Shown: one piece after another, positions 60,311 through 64,000 of the stretch
How the letters are laid out: every line of letters starts with the position of its first letter
Position numbering within the stretch: the stretch's first letter is position 1
Assembly: GCF_011045215.1 (NCBI RefSeq)
Contig: NZ_CP049201.1
Direction: 5' to 3' (one strand)
Source of the DNA: Escherichia coli
GTDB taxonomy: Bacteria > Pseudomonadota > Gammaproteobacteria > Enterobacterales > Enterobacteriaceae
Length of the DNA: 64,000 bases
Made by a program: the position numbers and the translations under genes
Notes under the pieces: generated by a model
What the model was told of the DNA's origin: nothing
The model's database searches: none
The model's input: the letters and a program-made list of their open reading frames with translations, nothing else

Positions 60311-60547
60311 ATGATTTGTCCACGTTGTGCCGATGAACAGATTGAAGTGATGGCGAAATCGCCGGTGAAAGATGTCTGGACGGTATATCAGTGCCAGCAT
60401 TGCCTTTATACCTGGCGCGATACCGAACCGCTACGCCGCACCAGCCGCGAACATTATCCCGAAGCGTTCCGCATGACGCAGAAAGATATTGATGACGCGC
60501 CAATGGTGCCGAGCATCCCGCCGCTGCTGGCGGAAGGTAAGCGCTAA
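60311..60547 (+). CDS. ecdD: small Zn-ribbon subunit of the phenolic-acid decarboxylase-type complex
   Basis: 78-aa ORF with CPRC...CQHC zinc-ribbon pattern; third gene of the operon. Confidence 0.8.
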   Translation: MICPRCADEQIEVMAKSPVKDVWTVYQCQHCLYTWRDTEPLRRTSREHYPEAFRMTQKDIDDAPMVPSIPPLLAEGKR

Positions 60548-60555
60548 TAAAAAGT

Positions 60556-60583
60556 GCCGGGTAGTGGCTTTGCTTTACCCGGC
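60556..60583. terminator. bidirectional terminator between convergent ecdD and pphB
   Basis: gccgggta - 12-nt loop - tacccggc with T-rich flanks on both strands. Confidence 0.65.
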
Positions 60584-60587
60584 CTCA

Positions 60588-61243
60588 TTACTTTATTTTA
60601 TAAAATGACAGCCGCCCGCTGTTCGGCGATCCGGTATCAATATAAATCTGGTTAGCGAACGTCTGAATGTTATCAAACATCATATGTCCAAATATAAAAT
60701 AATCAGCGCCGTTTATTTGTTGTAACTCGCCATTAAGCGATTTCTGCACACGATCAACAGGCCAGAGTAATTCGCTCTCCGCTATTTCTTTACCAAAGAG
60801 ATATTCACTCCCCGGATAATCTGCATGTGCGATGACATATTTTATGTTGTCGTTAGTGATTTAATAATATGTGGAAGGTGATGGAATTTCAGCAACAGAT
60901 CTATTGCCTCTTGTTGCTCTGAATCATTTAAATCGAAAAACCAGTCACCACCGCTGGCAAGCCACATATTTCCATCGCCAGTTTCGAATGCCTCAAGGGC
61001 CATCGCTTCGTGGTTGCCTTTAGCCGATGTAAACCAGGACTGGTTTAACAGGCGCAGCACGTTAAGACTCTCCGGCCCACGATCGATGTTATCGCCTGTG
61101 GAAATAAGTAAGTCGGTTTCAGGGCAAAAAGAGAGTTGATGTAAACGGGATTGTAATAACTGATATTCACCATGAATATCACCAACGACCCATATATGGC
61201 GATAATGATGGGCATTGACTTTTTGATAGCGTGTAGATGGCAT
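60588..61243 (-). pseudogene. pphB: serine/threonine protein phosphatase 2 (PphB/PrpB), frameshifted
   Basis: N-terminal 133 codons (61243 to 60842, GDIHG...GDNIDRG...GNHE) stop at TAA; the C-terminal part (KYVIAHADYPGSEY...FIFGHMMFDN...) continues in another frame to a stop at 60588. The pattern fits a 1-nt loss in an A-run near 60860-60863. Confidence 0.7.
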
Positions 61244-61348
61244 GGTTTTACCCTGTAAAATAAGCTTTCCTATTATACAGGGTATTTTTATTTGATTCGT
61301 CAGCTGTAGATAATATTCCCGATAGTATTTTTCTACCGGGAATTATAA

Positions 61349-63910
61349 TTACACCAGACTCTTCAAGCGATAAATCCACTCCAGCGCCTGACGCGGGGTG
61401 AGTGAATCCGGATCGAGGTTTTCCAGTGCCTCGACCGCAGGCGAAGTTTCTTCCGGTACTGACAGCAAAGACATTTGCGTACCATCCACTTGCGTAGCGG
61501 CGGCGTTCGGCGAAATGCTTTCCAGCTCACGCAGTTTTTGCCGTGCGCGCTTAATAACCTCTTTTGGCACGCCGGCCAGAGCTGCAACCGCCAGGCCGTA
61601 GCTTTTGCTCGCCGCGCCATCCTGCACGCTATGCATAAAGGCAATGGTGTCGCCGTGCTCCAGTGCATCGAGATGCACGTTGGCGACGCCTTCCATTTTC
61701 TCCGGTAACTGGGTCAGCTCAAAATAGTGGGTAGCAAACAGCGTCAATGCCTTAATCTTATTCGCCAGATTTTCCGCGCACGCCCATGCCAGTGACAGAC
61801 CATCGTAAGTGGACGTTCCACGCCCGATCTCATCCATTAACACCAGACTGTATTCGGTGGCGTTATGTAAAATATTGGCGGTTTCAGTCATCTCCACCAT
61901 AAAGGTTGAGCGCCCGGAAGCCAGGTCATCTGCCGCGCCTACGCGGGTAAAGATACGGTCAATCGGTCCAATCTCGACTTTTTGTGCCGGTACATAGCTG
62001 CCGATGTAGGCCATCAGCGCAATCAGTGCGGTCTGGCGCATATAGGTACTTTTACCACCCATGTTCGGACCGGTGATGATCAACATGCGGCGCTGCGGCG
62101 ACAGATTCAGCGGGTTAGCGATAAATGGCTCATTCAGTACTTGTTCAACTACCGGATGGCGACCTTCGGTAATGCGAATGCCCGGTTTATCAATAAAGGT
62201 CGGGCAGGTGTAATTCAGGGTATAGGCCCGTTCCGCCAGGTTCACCAGCACGTCGAGTTCCGCCAGCGCGCTCGCGCTCTGTTGCAACGCTTCCAGATGC
62301 GGCAACAGCAGGTCGAACAACTCTTCATAAAGCTGTTTTTCCAGTGCCAGTGCTTTGCCTTTTGAGGTGAGAACTTTATCTTCGTACTCTTTTAGCTCTG
62401 GAATGATGTAGCGCTCGGCGTTTTTCAGCGTCTGGCGACGCATGTAGTTGATGGGTGCCAGATGGCTTTGCCCACGGCTGATTTGAATGTAGTAGCCGTG
62501 CACCGCATTAAAGCCAACTTTCAGCGTGTCCAGGCCGGTACGTTCACGCTCGCGGACTTCCAGACGCTCCAGATAATCGGTCGCGCCGTCAGCCAGCGCG
62601 CGCCACTCATCCAGCTCTTCGTTATAGCCCGATGCGATAACACCACCGTCGCGTACCAGCACCGGCGGTGCGTCGATGATTGCTCGCTCCAGCAGATCGC
62701 GCAGCTCGGCAAACTCGCCCATCTTCTCACGTAGCGCCTGTACCGGTGCACTATCAACAGGTTCTAACTGCGCACGCAGCTCCGGCAGTTGCTGGAAAGC
62801 GTGACGCATACGGGCCAGATCGCGTGGGCGAGCGGTACGCAACGCCAGACGCGCCAGAATACGTTCCAGGTCGCCAACCTGACGTAGTACCGGCTGTAGC
62901 CCGGCGGTGAAATCCTGCAATGCGCCAATAGTTTGCTGGCGCTCAAGCAACACGCGGGTATCGCGCACTGGCATATGCAGCCAGCGTTTCAGCATACGGC
63001 TGCCCATCGGCGTGACGGTGCAGTCGAGTACAGAAGCCAGCGTGTTTTCCGCACTGCCCGCCAGGTTCTGGGTAATTTCCAGGTTACGACGCGTCGCGGC
63101 ATCCATAATGATGCTGTCCTGCTCACGTTCCATGGTGATGGAACGAATATGCGGCAGAGTCGTACGTTGGGTATCTTTCGCATACTGCAACAGACAACCG
63201 GCAGCACAAAGTCCGCGCGGCGCGTTCTCGACGCCAAAACCGACCAGATCGCGAGTGCCAAATTGTAGATTCAACTGCTGGCGCGCGGTGTCGATTTCAA
63301 ACTCCCACAGCGGGCGACGGCGCAGGCCGCGACGGCCTTCAATTAACGACATTTCAGCAAAATCTTCTGCATACAGCAGTTCCGCAGGATTAGTGCGTTG
63401 CAGTTCTGCCGCCATCGTTTCCCGGTCAGCCGGTTCGCTCAGGCGAAAACGACCGGAACTGATATCCAGCGTCGCGTAGCCGAAACCTTTGCTGTCCTGC
63501 CAGATAGCCGCCAGCAGGTTGTCCTGACGCTCCTGCAACAGGGCTTCATCGCTGATGGTGCCTGGCGTAACGATACGCACAACTTTGCGCTCAACCGGAC
63601 CTTTGCTGGTCGCCGGATCGCCAATTTGTTCGCAGATGGCAACGGACTCGCCCTGATTCACCAGTTTGGCGAGGTAGTTTTCCACCGCATGGTAGGGAAT
63701 CCCCGCCATCGGGATCGGCTCTCCCGCCGAAGCACCGCGTTTGGTCAGTGAAATATCCAGCAGTTGCGATGCGCGTTTTGCGTCGTCATAAAACAGTTCA
63801 TAAAAATCACCCATCCGGTAAAACAGCAGGATCTCGGGATGCTGGGCTTTCAGCTTGAGATACTGCTGCATCATGGGCGTATGGGCGTCGAAATTTTCTA
63901 TTGCACTCAT
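61349..63910 (-). CDS. mutS: DNA mismatch repair protein MutS
   Basis: 853-aa [43 protein letters not shown]...; Walker [10 protein letters not shown]. Confidence 0.97.
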   Translation of the reverse strand: MSAIENFDAHTPMMQQYLKLKAQHPEILLFYRMGDFYELFYDDAKRASQLLDISLTKRGASAGEPIPMAGIPYHAVENYLAKLVNQGESVAICEQIGDPATSKGPVERKVVRIVTPGTISDEALLQERQDNLLAAIWQDSKGFGYATLDISSGRFRLSEPADRETMAAELQRTNPAELLYAEDFAEMSLIEGRRGLRRRPLWEFEIDTARQQLNLQFGTRDLVGFGVENAPRGLCAAGCLLQYAKDTQRTTLPHIRSITMEREQDSIIMDAATRRNLEITQNLAGSAENTLASVLDCTVTPMGSRMLKRWLHMPVRDTRVLLERQQTIGALQDFTAGLQPVLRQVGDLERILARLALRTARPRDLARMRHAFQQLPELRAQLEPVDSAPVQALREKMGEFAELRDLLERAIIDAPPVLVRDGGVIASGYNEELDEWRALADGATDYLERLEVRERERTGLDTLKVGFNAVHGYYIQISRGQSHLAPINYMRRQTLKNAERYIIPELKEYEDKVLTSKGKALALEKQLYEELFDLLLPHLEALQQSASALAELDVLVNLAERAYTLNYTCPTFIDKPGIRITEGRHPVVEQVLNEPFIANPLNLSPQRRMLIITGPNMGGKSTYMRQTALIALMAYIGSYVPAQKVEIGPIDRIFTRVGAADDLASGRSTFMVEMTETANILHNATEYSLVLMDEIGRGTSTYDGLSLAWACAENLANKIKALTLFATHYFELTQLPEKMEGVANVHLDALEHGDTIAFMHSVQDGAASKSYGLAVAALAGVPKEVIKRARQKLRELESISPNAAATQVDGTQMSLLSVPEETSPAVEALENLDPDSLTPRQALEWIYRLKSLV

Positions 63911-64000
63911 GGGGTTATGTCCGGTTCCCTGATATTAAATGGGGTGTGATGGTTTTTATTTTCGTTGTAATCACATAAGGCGCACATGATACCGGAGTTA

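Overview
This window reads as an Escherichia coli chromosomal segment running gudP to mutS, in reverse orientation relative to K-12 numbering. Gene calls rest on reading the translated ORFs and on remembered K-12 synteny; no database search was run. Most of it is conserved housekeeping: gudPXD, barA, rlmD, relA, mazEFG, pyrG-eno, queE, queD, cysJIH, iap, cysDNC, ygbE, ftsB, ispDF, truD, surE, pcm, nlpD, rpoS, mutS. Accessory content is: (1) a complete type I-E CRISPR-Cas locus (cas3-casABCDE-cas1-cas2) with a short cas2-proximal array, a second array next to queE and a decayed remnant next to ygcE; (2) a Hok-family toxin ORF between cysH and cas3 that the ORF track missed; (3) a lemA gene plus three tandem TPM-domain (YgcG-family) paralogs between eno and queE; (4) the poorly characterised ygc cluster (ETF/FixCX-like, FAD oxidase, SDR, FGGY kinase, two MFS transporters, GlpP-like antiterminator); (5) an rpoS-mutS variable region carrying a MarR/SlyA-like regulator and ecdBCD (UbiX/UbiD-like) instead of the K-12 ygbI-ygbN genes, with pphB apparently frameshifted. 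I did not find an obviously new system. The most original observation is that the yqcE-ygcW divergent region holds two mirror-image leader terminators sharing a 5' arm motif around a perfect CRP core site, which fits control by the cluster's own GlpP-like antiterminator.
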